Origin: an uncultured archaeon
GTDB taxonomy: Archaea > Asgardarchaeota > Heimdallarchaeia > Heimdallarchaeales > Kariarchaeaceae
Assembly: GCA_964645535.1 (NCBI GenBank)
Contig: CAZYCQ010000033.1
Span: forward strand, 1-20,738
Length of the DNA stretch: 20,738 nt
Direction: 5' to 3'
The notes under the pieces are model-generated. The model was not told the origin of the DNA and searched no databases. It saw nothing but the letters and a program-made list of their open reading frames with translations. A program made the position numbers and the translations under genes. Position 1 is the first letter of the stretch. Every line of letters begins with the position of its first letter. Positions 8,007 to 17,038 of this stretch are shown here, in pieces.

Positions 8007-8579
8007 ATGGTAGAGATTCTCCAACTCCTGTCAAATATTGATCGCAATTTGTTGATGTTTGCCATTGTTCTTCTCTTGACGATTGAGGTCTTTCTCTTAT
8101 CATTTCCGAAAGAAGTGGTTATGATCTATGCTGGCTTTGCATTTGGTTTATTTGGGGGGTCTATTCTCAATCTGCTTGGACTTGTTGGAGCTATCGTTCT
8201 AGGATATGAAGGTGGAAGGCTCGGAAAATTTGGGCTTGAAAAATTGCGGGGTCATCGACTGATCTCAAAGTACGAACGTGAACTTGATCAGAGGGGGATG
8301 GTCGGATTGACACTGTTGAGATTATTTCCACTGACACCAAATGATATCTTGACCATTGCCTGTGGTTTTCTCGAAGTCAAAAGGCTACCCTATTTACTTA
8401 TCTCAACAATTTGTGCAATCCCGTATGCCATTTTGTGGGCCTATGTGGGCAATTCAGGTCTTTCATTAATCATGGAGTTGTTTCCTTCAACCTATGATCT
8501 AAAAACATGGGTAGTAAGCTTTATCCTTGTTCTCCTTATTTTCTGGATTATAGGTACAAAAATGTTTGAGGAAGCTTAG
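8007..8579 (+). CDS. DedA/VTT (TVP38/TMEM64, SNARE-associated) family membrane protein
   Basis: Motifs PKEVVMIYAGFAFG and LLRLFPLTPNDIL...CG. The ATG at 8007 is preferred over 7962 because TATA-like sequence (ATAAATATGTATA) lies upstream of it. Confidence 0.9.
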   Translation: MVEILQLLSNIDRNLLMFAIVLLLTIEVFLLSFPKEVVMIYAGFAFGLFGGSILNLLGLVGAIVLGYEGGRLGKFGLEKLRGHRLISKYERELDQRGMVGLTLLRLFPLTPNDILTIACGFLEVKRLPYLLISTICAIPYAILWAYVGNSGLSLIMELFPSTYDLKTWVVSFILVLLIFWIIGTKMFEEA

Positions 8580-8660
8580 GTGTTGTTTATGTATTGCTGA
8601 ATGCATCCGTCCAATCGTCCGTGAATATAATTATATCTGTAAATCTTTCAAGAACTCTAT

Positions 8661-10205
8661 ATGCGGTTCTTGGTCTTCTCAGACGTTCATATCGGGGGAA
8701 AATTCAATGAGGACATGTTCATGAAGGGTGTGGAGATTATCAACTCAACGGATGCAGATTTTTATCTTTTTACAGGTGACTTGACTGACCAAGGTACTCT
8801 TCATGAATACAAAACCGCAAGAGATGTGTATCTTCCTTTAATCAAAAAACCGGTTCTTTATATTCCTGGAAATCATGACGTAAAGAATGTTGGTGATCTT
8901 CTTTGGGAGGAATTTATGGGGCCACGCTATTTCGTGCATGAAGATAGGGACAAAAAAGTAAAGATATTGGGTTTAGATTCGAATGAACCTGACAAAAACA
9001 CTGGCCGTATTGGCGAAAAGGGTGTGAAACGGATCTACCGTGAGTTTGAAGATCTTGATGATGAATGGACAAAAGTTGTGGCGTTTCACCATCAAACCCT
9101 TCCCATTCGCTATACCGGTCGCGAAAGAAGTGCAATTGCAGATGCCGGAAATGTGATAAAAGCCATCCTCGATGTGGATGTGGATTTGGTGGTGAACGGT
9201 CATCGCCATATCTCAAACGTCTATCAATTGTCTGATAGTGACGATTCAACCTTGGTCGTCAATTGTGGCACCATGTCTTGCAAGAAAACCAGATATAAGG
9301 AAGAATATTCACTGACGATCATTGATTTTGACAAAGAAAAAGAGATGGCCAAGGTTGATGTTGTCCAATTAAACAATGCAAATGTCAAATACCTTACTCG
9401 ATTTTCTGGAAGCACAAATCTTACAGTTGCCCCTGAAAGAATAAAGGGAATGTCTTTACCTACCGCCAGAATCATTCAGATCGGCAACACCGAATTTTCG
9501 GATGATCTTTACAACCCCACTGCGTTTGCCAAGGCTGTAACACTCATTAATATAATGGACTGTGATCTTGTTGTCCACTGTGGTGATGTAACTCGATCCT
9601 CCTTTATGCATGAATTTGAAATGGCACAGACCTATCTTTCTCAAATCAAACATGAGATGCTGATTGTCCCTGGACCGAAAGATTACTTCCCCTTGGGCTA
9701 TGAGATGTACCGCAAGATATTTGGAACGACCAATCCCGAATTGGAGACTCCTTCCCTCAAGGTTTTGGGTGTCAATACCTGTATTCTAAATGAAAGTGAG
9801 GGTCGAGTGGGAAGGTCAAGCCGTCAGCGAATAAAGGAGGCATTTGATGGTTCCAATAAAATCTCCGTTGCTGCTTTCCACCATACACTTATTCCTGTTC
9901 CTCGAACAAAACATGGTGCTGAATTGCAGGATGCCGGTGATGTCCTTCACTTCCTTGTGGATCTTGGCATTAATCTAGTCTTGACTGGTTCAAAAAACAC
10001 TGCTGGATGTTGGAGAGTCGGTGACACAGTGTTTTCCAACTGTGGAACCATTTCCTCCAAATACATTACCTCTTCAAAAGGAAATTCCTTCAATATCATT
10101 GACATTTACAGGCTTGAAAAAGAAATGATCATAACAGTAAGTGAATTTTTAATTGAGAATGAAATGAGGGTTGAGATTGGCAGATTTCTGATACCTTCTC
10201 CCTGA
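8661..10205 (+). CDS. Tandem calcineurin-like metallophosphoesterase (CpdA/Icc-like; second domain degenerate)
   Basis: Domain 1 has SDVH, TGDLT, PGNHD, FHH and NGHRH. The equivalents in domain 2 are GNTE, CGDVT, PGPKD, FHH and TGSKN. TATAATTATA lies upstream. Confidence 0.9.
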   Translation: MRFLVFSDVHIGGKFNEDMFMKGVEIINSTDADFYLFTGDLTDQGTLHEYKTARDVYLPLIKKPVLYIPGNHDVKNVGDLLWEEFMGPRYFVHEDRDKKVKILGLDSNEPDKNTGRIGEKGVKRIYREFEDLDDEWTKVVAFHHQTLPIRYTGRERSAIADAGNVIKAILDVDVDLVVNGHRHISNVYQLSDSDDSTLVVNCGTMSCKKTRYKEEYSLTIIDFDKEKEMAKVDVVQLNNANVKYLTRFSGSTNLTVAPERIKGMSLPTARIIQIGNTEFSDDLYNPTAFAKAVTLINIMDCDLVVHCGDVTRSSFMHEFEMAQTYLSQIKHEMLIVPGPKDYFPLGYEMYRKIFGTTNPELETPSLKVLGVNTCILNESEGRVGRSSRQRIKEAFDGSNKISVAAFHHTLIPVPRTKHGAELQDAGDVLHFLVDLGINLVLTGSKNTAGCWRVGDTVFSNCGTISSKYITSSKGNSFNIIDIYRLEKEMIITVSEFLIENEMRVEIGRFLIPSP

Positions 10206-10266
10206 TTTTTAAAGGCATAGTGAATGTTGTGAGGAATTGTGTAAGTTTTAGTATTGTTCTGGTCGT

Positions 10267-11454
10267 TTAGAGTGGATCAATATCTTGAAACCATTTATAT
10301 TCCTCAATTGATGAAATCTTGGCGATCCGAGGGTCACAATCAAGTATTTGTCTTATAATCTCATCTTTTCTGAGTCTTGAAATTTTCTTCAGTCCATATT
10401 TATACCCGATTTTCACAAGCTCCTTCTTTCTCATTGTTTGCAGATTGTAGAGATTGATTTCCGGAAAATATTCTTCAAGCCAATATTCCTGCCACAAATT
10501 GTTATCTGTACATGAATCCTTTGATCTGCCCATTTTCAATATTTCACGTATCAATGTGCTTTTTGTTTTATAGAATGCCCCTTGAACTCCATATTTATAG
10601 CCAATCGCACGCAACGTCCCTAACTTCATTTTTTTGAGATTTCTTATGTTTGTCAAGAAATCATGTTCTTCAATCCAATAGGTAGTCCATGGTTTTGGTG
10701 GCTTTTCCGATGGCCTTGAAGGTACCGAGCTAAGAAGTAGATGAACGATCTGTATGGCTCTCATCTTACTGTAGCCTTTCAATCCGTTTTTCTTGCATAA
10801 CTGAATGAGCTCTGATTTCCTCATTTTCATGAGGCTTTTGAGATTGTCTGTGTAGGGATGCTCCTTCAGATCGTAATTGATCCGATTTGCCTTAATCGTT
10901 AAGCAATTTATAACGGTTGGGTCATTTGCCAACAATCTGAGAATTCCCAATTCTTCCTCAGAAAATTGATAACCAAAAAACCAAATGTTGATACCATGAT
11001 CAATAACCAATTCAAGGATTGTATCAAAATGATTCAATTTCCAAGTCTCTCTTTCTCTTCCATACAGATAATTTTTCGAGTGCTTCCATAGGATGATCTC
11101 TTTGATCAAGGCCACAAACCTATGGTAATGGGGATGCTTCCTGTCCATTGAGCACAATCTTCCAAGTTGATCCATCAAGACAAATGGTGGATTGTCAAAC
11201 CTATTAAATAAATCCTCAAGTAGTGCCGTTGGTAATTCCTTAGGCGAAAAATGAACCAAAAGGTTGGCGATGACATTTGGATCATCATTGTCCATTAGAA
11301 AATAGCAGACTGTTTTGAGAAAATCCTCATTGTCCAATACGGCTAAACCAGTATCCAAAAGAAATTCCAGTTCCCATATATCACTTACTTGCAGACTGTT
11401 CTCTGCGTAAGTGCGCAGATCCCTCATTTCGAGGAAAACTGCTTCCTTTTTCAT
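10267..11454 (-). CDS. Hypothetical protein with three Rho-N/HeH (SAP/LEM-like) repeats
   Basis: Repeats at aa 204-241, 269-306 and 334-371 match LxxMxxxELxxxxxxxGLxxxSxxxKxExIxxIL. The N-terminal ~190 aa are acidic/helical and unassigned. TTTTTATT lies ~23-30 nt upstream. Confidence 0.75.
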   Translation of the reverse strand: MKKEAVFLEMRDLRTYAENSLQVSDIWELEFLLDTGLAVLDNEDFLKTVCYFLMDNDDPNVIANLLVHFSPKELPTALLEDLFNRFDNPPFVLMDQLGRLCSMDRKHPHYHRFVALIKEIILWKHSKNYLYGRERETWKLNHFDTILELVIDHGINIWFFGYQFSEEELGILRLLANDPTVINCLTIKANRINYDLKEHPYTDNLKSLMKMRKSELIQLCKKNGLKGYSKMRAIQIVHLLLSSVPSRPSEKPPKPWTTYWIEEHDFLTNIRNLKKMKLGTLRAIGYKYGVQGAFYKTKSTLIREILKMGRSKDSCTDNNLWQEYWLEEYFPEINLYNLQTMRKKELVKIGYKYGLKKISRLRKDEIIRQILDCDPRIAKISSIEEYKWFQDIDPL

Positions 11455-11516
11455 AGGAATACTTTCTGATCAACCAATAAAAACTTGTTTACTTGCAATT
11501 GGTTCCAAGTCCTTCG

Positions 11517-12239
11517 TCATGAACTTGAATTAAGATAGGTTCTTAACCTATCAGGATAATTTGTCAAAATCCCATAAACATTCCTCTTAACTAAAGTTTC
11601 CCATTCCTTTTGAGAGTCTGCATAAAAGCATGTGATTTTTGTCCCAGTTTCCTTTAGAGCATCCCAGTGGATCTCATCGAAAGTTTTCCATCTGATTTGG
11701 GAAAACTGAATTTCATGATTCTTTACCAATTCTATGAACTCTCCCGGCGATCTCTTCTTCTGCATCAAACCGATTGGATAGCTTGATTGTTCTCTCAAAA
11801 AGGCGTAGGATTCAACCGTCCGAACAGAAATGTAACCTTTCCCTAGATCTGCGTTGTACCTGTCCAAATGAGTTAAAAGCCTCTTTTCAAGGTAGAAATT
11901 TTTCTCGAGGAAGAAGTTTTGAGGTTTCAGTTCTATTATCAGAGATGGATAATCCCTTTCTAGGATTTCTTCAAGAAATGGTGGATTTATCTTCGGGTAT
12001 CCTTTCCACGCTCCCACATCCAGCTCTTTTGCTTCTCTATATGTGAGGTCGGCCATACCCCTAGGATCATTTGCCACCCTCATTGCATCCCTATCATGAA
12101 AAATAACAAGTTGTGCATCCTTTGTCATCTGTACATCTATCTCGACTATGTCCGCTCCCATCTCAAATGCCTTGTCACAGGCCAAGATTGTATTTTCGGG
12201 ATATTCTCCAGAAGCACCTCTATGCGCTATGACTTTCAC
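11517..12239 (-). CDS. Glycerophosphodiester phosphodiesterase (GDPD; UgpQ/GlpQ-like)
   Basis: Motifs IAHRGAS, PENT, VEIDVQMTKD, FHD, IELK and ILTNYP. The GTG start overlaps the upstream stop (GTGA). Confidence 0.93.
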   Translation of the reverse strand: MKVIAHRGASGEYPENTILACDKAFEMGADIVEIDVQMTKDAQLVIFHDRDAMRVANDPRGMADLTYREAKELDVGAWKGYPKINPPFLEEILERDYPSLIIELKPQNFFLEKNFYLEKRLLTHLDRYNADLGKGYISVRTVESYAFLREQSSYPIGLMQKKRSPGEFIELVKNHEIQFSQIRWKTFDEIHWDALKETGTKITCFYADSQKEWETLVKRNVYGILTNYPDRLRTYLNSSS

Positions 12240-13498
12240 TCTGTTCCCCCAGGTACGCTTTGGATTGGATAAACTTGAAATAGGGGCTCAAGGTCAAAAA
12301 GAACCTTAGCCATGGCTGTTTTTGCAACCACTCTCATGATCTCCCATTTTCTTCTGTAAGTTAACCATTCCCTGATATGGCGAAATGTTGGAAAACTCAT
12401 TGGTTGTCTTTCTTTAAGTTGCCAAGTAAACGAATAGATACCTTTGTTATCAAGCGTGATTTCCAATAATTTCACTGGAAAACGGGATTCATATCCACCT
12501 CCGTGTGGTGTCAAGTGAAGATTCTTCAACTCATCCTCCAGTCCCAAATCCTTTGCTCTTTGTCCGTGTTCCCATCGATCAAGGAAATCTGAATTGAGAT
12601 TGGGAAGATAGTGGGCGGCAACCAGCCCCTCTTCAGGATTGAAGGCAATTGGAGCCATACTGTCATGTCGTTGCGTTCCAATGAGATGGAATTCCCCATC
12701 ACCCAAAAGACCTTGGTGAGTAATGGATTCTATCCTTCTAAAATCAAGGTCAAAGAAAATATCTTCTGCTGTCTTATCGCGATTTCTTGAATTGGCGGCC
12801 TCCGTTTTTCTGAATTGGGCAACATATCTTCTTCTTGCCTCTCCCTCCAAAAAGGTGATTGGTCCATGAGGTGTATCGACACGATGATATCCTTCTTCCT
12901 CGCTCAGCCATGTTTCCGGAAAATACAGGAGTTCCCCTCCCACATGTCCTGAACAATGGACAACCAAGTATCTCTGCAATGTGTCCTCTCCTGACACTGG
13001 ATCTTTTACTTTGTACATTGCCGCAAAATGGTTCCCTTTCCCCAACTGTTTGATCTCATCCTCTCCAAGTCTGCATTGAGCATCTTTGATCTTCTCAAGA
13101 AGAAGGGCATCCTCGATTTCTTCATTAAGCATGTAAACGGAAAAGCCACACCCATTGGGCATTGAATTGTTTGTTCCCATAAGCCCTTCAAAAGTTGTGG
13201 AAAAAAGACCTCCATATGCAAATCCCCTTCTTGTTCGTTCAAGGTTCAGGGAACAGGTGCCGTCAGGAGCAAAAAAGACAAAACTTTTTGATCCATCAAT
13301 ATCAACCCCTAATTCATTTGCCGCATACAAAATTTTTGCATAACCGACTTCCATGATTTTTGGTGCTATTCTCCCCATTCTATTTCCTGCTGCAATGGAG
13401 AAGGTTCGTTCCGTTGCTTTCTGCAACCAAAATTGAAATTCCGGAGCTACTCCAGAAATATGTGAAACCAACGTGTCCGTCAGCATAACTCTAGCCAC
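12236..13498 (-). CDS. Divergent RtcB-like protein
   Basis: RtcB-order motifs: APD(79)G...YGG, NGC(117)G, LGKGN(156)H(157)F, VVH(181)CSG, ANSRNR, TH(261)Q and PH(332)GGG. Confidence 0.72.
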   Translation of the reverse strand: MARVMLTDTLVSHISGVAPEFQFWLQKATERTFSIAAGNRMGRIAPKIMEVGYAKILYAANELGVDIDGSKSFVFFAPDGTCSLNLERTRRGFAYGGLFSTTFEGLMGTNNSMPNGCGFSVYMLNEEIEDALLLEKIKDAQCRLGEDEIKQLGKGNHFAAMYKVKDPVSGEDTLQRYLVVHCSGHVGGELLYFPETWLSEEEGYHRVDTPHGPITFLEGEARRRYVAQFRKTEAANSRNRDKTAEDIFFDLDFRRIESITHQGLLGDGEFHLIGTQRHDSMAPIAFNPEEGLVAAHYLPNLNSDFLDRWEHGQRAKDLGLEDELKNLHLTPHGGGYESRFPVKLLEITLDNKGIYSFTWQLKERQPMSFPTFRHIREWLTYRRKWEIMRVVAKTAMAKVLFDLEPLFQVYPIQSVPGGTE

Positions 13499-13655
13499 TT
13501 AGCTTTCCCCCTAACAATTAAAATTTAAAGATATGCTGACCGGAGAATGTTCAAATGAACATTTATTCAAAGGATTCTTACATTTTATCTAACTTTAATC
13601 CAAAAGAAAAAGTCAGAAAAGAAAGAATCTTAAGGTTCAAGTGCAGAATCTTCTT

Positions 13656-14711
13656 ATGTCTGCCTTGGTCAGTGTGGAGGGAGTGAGCAAAACATTTGTT
13701 CAGACACTGAGGCGTTTTTGGTTTCAAAACCTCTCAGATGATGCAGATAGTTCCACCGATTGCTCCATCTCCGTTAACAAAGGCATGCTTATCAAACGCC
13801 GAACCAAAAAGATTCATGCACTGAACCATGTCAGCCTACAGGTTGAAAAAGGGGAAATCCTTGGGTTGCTAGGTCCAAATGGTGCTGGAAAGACGACTTT
13901 GGCGAAAATCATTTCCACACTTGTTCTACCTGATCAAGGAACTGTGAAAGTCAATGGATATGATGTCGTCCACGAGACAAGGGATGCTCGTAGATCATTA
14001 GGACTTGTAACTGGGGGTGAGCGTTCGCTTTACTGGAAACTGACCCCCATGCAGAACTTAGTCTTTTTTGGAGGGTTGTATGGGATGCCCAAATCTGAAG
14101 CTGAAGAAAGGGCTTTGGATCTTTTGAAAAGATTCGAGGTTCATGGAAAAAGGAACGACCTTGTACAGAACTTGAGCACTGGACAACGAATGAAGGTGGC
14201 ATTCGCAAGAGCACTTATGCATGATCCTAAGGTTCTGATCTTGGATGAGTACAATAGAGGTTTGGATCCAAACGCTTCAAAAATGCTTAGGGATTTCATC
14301 AAGCATGAGCTGAAAGAAGACAAGGCAATTATTGTAATGACCCACTCTATGGAAGTTGCAGATGATATTTGTGATCGTCTGATGCTCATAAACCGTGGAA
14401 AGATTGTGATTGAAGGCACTCCACTTGATTTAAAGAAGAGTATTCCCCAATCCATTTTTATCGAAGGTGAACTGCAAGAAGAGACCTCAAGTCATCTTCT
14501 GTCCAATATCCCCTTTCCAATAGAAATAGACCCTTCCAACCCTCTATTTTTCAGAGCCAAGATGAAAGATACAACTTCCTCTGTTTACCATTTCCTTCAG
14601 GAAATAAATCGCCATGGCATCAAACTCAAAGCCATGAACATGCGACTTCCGACTTTGGGAGATGTGTTCCAACACTATACCGGTGACCGGTTGACGGAGG
14701 CTGGCGAATGA
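13656..14711 (+). CDS. ABC-2 (DrrA/CcmA-like) exporter ATP-binding subunit
   Basis: Motifs GPNGAGKTT, LSTGQ, ILDEYNRGLDP, THSM and C-terminal PTLGDVF. The start is ATG at 13656 or GTG at 13641. Confidence 0.95.
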   Translation: MSALVSVEGVSKTFVQTLRRFWFQNLSDDADSSTDCSISVNKGMLIKRRTKKIHALNHVSLQVEKGEILGLLGPNGAGKTTLAKIISTLVLPDQGTVKVNGYDVVHETRDARRSLGLVTGGERSLYWKLTPMQNLVFFGGLYGMPKSEAEERALDLLKRFEVHGKRNDLVQNLSTGQRMKVAFARALMHDPKVLILDEYNRGLDPNASKMLRDFIKHELKEDKAIIVMTHSMEVADDICDRLMLINRGKIVIEGTPLDLKKSIPQSIFIEGELQEETSSHLLSNIPFPIEIDPSNPLFFRAKMKDTTSSVYHFLQEINRHGIKLKAMNMRLPTLGDVFQHYTGDRLTEAGE

Positions 14712-15553
14712 TTAAACAAGATTCTGGTATTCGATATCATCTCCGTATCATTTGGATGGTCATTCGCATAAGGACATCCATTCTCCTCCAATACAAAGGC
14801 GATCTTCTATATTGGATTCTGGTACCTTTACTCTGGATTGTTCCATTCATTTTTGTCGGAGATGCACTGACCGGGGGTGATTTTTCCGACCATTTTTTTA
14901 AAACAACTGGATCTGGTGATTATGTGGGCTTTCTGCTGATTGGAAACATGTTGTGGGCCACTCTGGATTCTGCCATCTGGGGGACGGGCAATGCACTCAG
15001 ATGGGAGCAACAATCGGGCACTCTCGAGTATTTTTGGGTATCTCCTGCACCTAGAGTTGATTTTCTTATTGGTGCAGCAATCAGTGAAGGTGTTTGGGTT
15101 TCAAGCAATATTTTGGGGCAATTCATTATCCTCTCTTTCTTTTTTGAATGGAACATCACGTTGTTTACATCTACTGTTTCGTTACTAGCCGTCATTCTGA
15201 TGTTTTTGGCCATGCTTGGTTTTGGAATTGTCTTTGCCAGTATAGTTCTGATGTTCAAAGAAGGTGATGTCATCACTGAATTTGTTGATTCCCTCCTGGC
15301 CATCGCCACACCTCTGCGCTATCCCTTAAGTGCTCTGCCCCGTTTTCTCCTCTGGTTTGCAATTGTTATTCCATTTACGTGGGGGGCGACCATTGTCAGA
15401 AGTCTGTTCCTTGCCCGTGCAACAACTGAAGTCATATTGGCGGGTTTCTCAATCCTTTTCCTTCTTGGAATTCTCCTCTGGATCTTAGGGATATATCTCT
15501 TCAAGATCGTCGAGAAACGATCTCGGATGAAAGGAACTTTGGGAGCATTTTAG
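14708..15553 (+). CDS. ABC-2 type permease
   Basis: About six TM helices with EQQSGTLEYFWVSP and YPLSALP...PFT. ATGA overlap with the ATPase gene. Confidence 0.93.
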   Translation: MIKQDSGIRYHLRIIWMVIRIRTSILLQYKGDLLYWILVPLLWIVPFIFVGDALTGGDFSDHFFKTTGSGDYVGFLLIGNMLWATLDSAIWGTGNALRWEQQSGTLEYFWVSPAPRVDFLIGAAISEGVWVSSNILGQFIILSFFFEWNITLFTSTVSLLAVILMFLAMLGFGIVFASIVLMFKEGDVITEFVDSLLAIATPLRYPLSALPRFLLWFAIVIPFTWGATIVRSLFLARATTEVILAGFSILFLLGILLWILGIYLFKIVEKRSRMKGTLGAF

Positions 15554-15604
15554 AGCTAATTTTTTTCCTTCGAAAGGTACAAATGACTGTCTTCTCCATA
15601 GTAT

Positions 15605-17038
15605 ATGTTGACCAAACTTTCAATTCGACTAATCATCGGTGTTCTGACTCCAATTCTCTTCGAAGTAAGTTTGATTTTCCTGTATTCTTCCATCAAATAT
15701 GATACCATTGACTTCAGGGCTGTTTTGGGGGGAATCGTTCTGTTCTTTTGGGTCGTTGCCCTCTATGTGATTTCCCCCTTTGTTCTGGTCAAATTTGGAA
15801 AGTTCGAAAAACGATTTGGTGCAATCATTAGGGAAGGGTTACATCAGGCTCTTATAACTGGAGAGAATACGGCGACTTCAGACCCAACACAATCCAGCCT
15901 TTCACTTGACTTGAATGTTGCAAAAGCAGAGCAGGAAATTGTTATGAAATCAATCGAGGAAAACTTGATTCCTCAACTTGCAAAAAGTTCCGTCAATTTC
16001 TACACCGATACCTTTTATGCCCGGGACTATACCAAATCAAACCGAACGGCCATCATGAACTTGGAATATTATGAAAGCATTGCACTGCTCTCATTATTCA
16101 CCATGTTTTTCCTGTTACTTGATTTCTTGTTGCTTTTCATCATGAAATTCACATCAATTGATTTCATCTTTATTACCCTCGATCAGATCTCAAATTGGGG
16201 ATTCTTCTTCACATTGACTTTTTACTTCGTTGTCTCTTTCTTGGTCATGTTTATCGCCTTTCGTCACTCCCTTCCATTTATCGATGAATACGTTTCATAC
16301 ACCATTCCAATCATGTTCCGGGAATCAGAAATGTCTTCATTCATCCGAAGAGAAAGTATCCGCTCAATAGTTTCTTACAATTTCGATAACCTGATTTCAA
16401 GGAAAGAACAAAAAAGAGCGAAGGATGTCATTGAAAGTACAATGGATCATCTTCTGCATGATTTGCTTGAAGACGAACTTATGATCTCCTCTCGAAGAAA
16501 ACTTGCCCTCAAACTTGCTTGGAGAGAATATTCAAAACTTCTGTCTGCCAAAGTGGAGGAAAGGGAAAAGAAAGGCAAGCACCGTTACTTGGATCGACTT
16601 CTCTTAGGAGAAAGGATCGGTAGTATGCAAATAGACGAATCTGAATTACTTGGACTGAATTCGGATCTCTCCTTCATCAGGGATCAGCTTAACCGATGGG
16701 GAAAGCTGAATTCTGCCCAACGAACCGTTATTTTCCTTTCTCTGTATAGGATAACTGAACGGATCATCAAGGAAGCGGTATCCGTATTTGTCGATTTAGA
16801 GGAAAATCCCTTGAACTTTTATGAACAGACTCGATATCTTTTGGAAAAAGATTTGATCTCGGTTTCTGCCTATGACAAAATCAATGAATTTAGGTATACA
16901 CGCAACAAACTTATCCATGAACCGGGGGTATCAATCAACGTAGCCTCAAATACCATTACCCAAGTACTCAGTGCCCTGAATCAATTAGTTGGCAATATCA
17001 GCAAGCTTCCCGTAGAGCCTGAACCTGAATTGGTCTAA
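15605..17038 (+). CDS. Four-TM membrane protein with a C-terminal HEPN-like domain
   Basis: Hydrophobic segments at aa ~7-29, 39-62, 159-181 and 198-218. The C-terminal helical domain has LYRITERIIK...LLEKDLIS...RYTRNKLIH, i.e. R-X4-H at R433/H438 (nt 16901-16918). Confidence 0.65.
   Translation: MLTKLSIRLIIGVLTPILFEVSLIFLYSSIKYDTIDFRAVLGGIVLFFWVVALYVISPFVLVKFGKFEKRFGAIIREGLHQALITGENTATSDPTQSSLSLDLNVAKAEQEIVMKSIEENLIPQLAKSSVNFYTDTFYARDYTKSNRTAIMNLEYYESIALLSLFTMFFLLLDFLLLFIMKFTSIDFIFITLDQISNWGFFFTLTFYFVVSFLVMFIAFRHSLPFIDEYVSYTIPIMFRESEMSSFIRRESIRSIVSYNFDNLISRKEQKRAKDVIESTMDHLLHDLLEDELMISSRRKLALKLAWREYSKLLSAKVEEREKKGKHRYLDRLLLGERIGSMQIDESELLGLNSDLSFIRDQLNRWGKLNSAQRTVIFLSLYRITERIIKEAVSVFVDLEENPLNFYEQTRYLLEKDLISVSAYDKINEFRYTRNKLIHEPGVSINVASNTITQVLSALNQLVGNISKLPVEPEPELV

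Noticed and set aside
13100-13110. AAGAAGGGCAT shared with spacer 91-127 (self-targeting?)
   Set aside because: An 11-nt match with mismatched flanks is expected by chance. No full protospacer was seen by eye, though this was not an exhaustive alignment.
12236-13498. Assigning the gene symbol rtcB
   Set aside because: Motif substitutions and shortened spacing make orthology to the canonical tRNA ligase uncertain.
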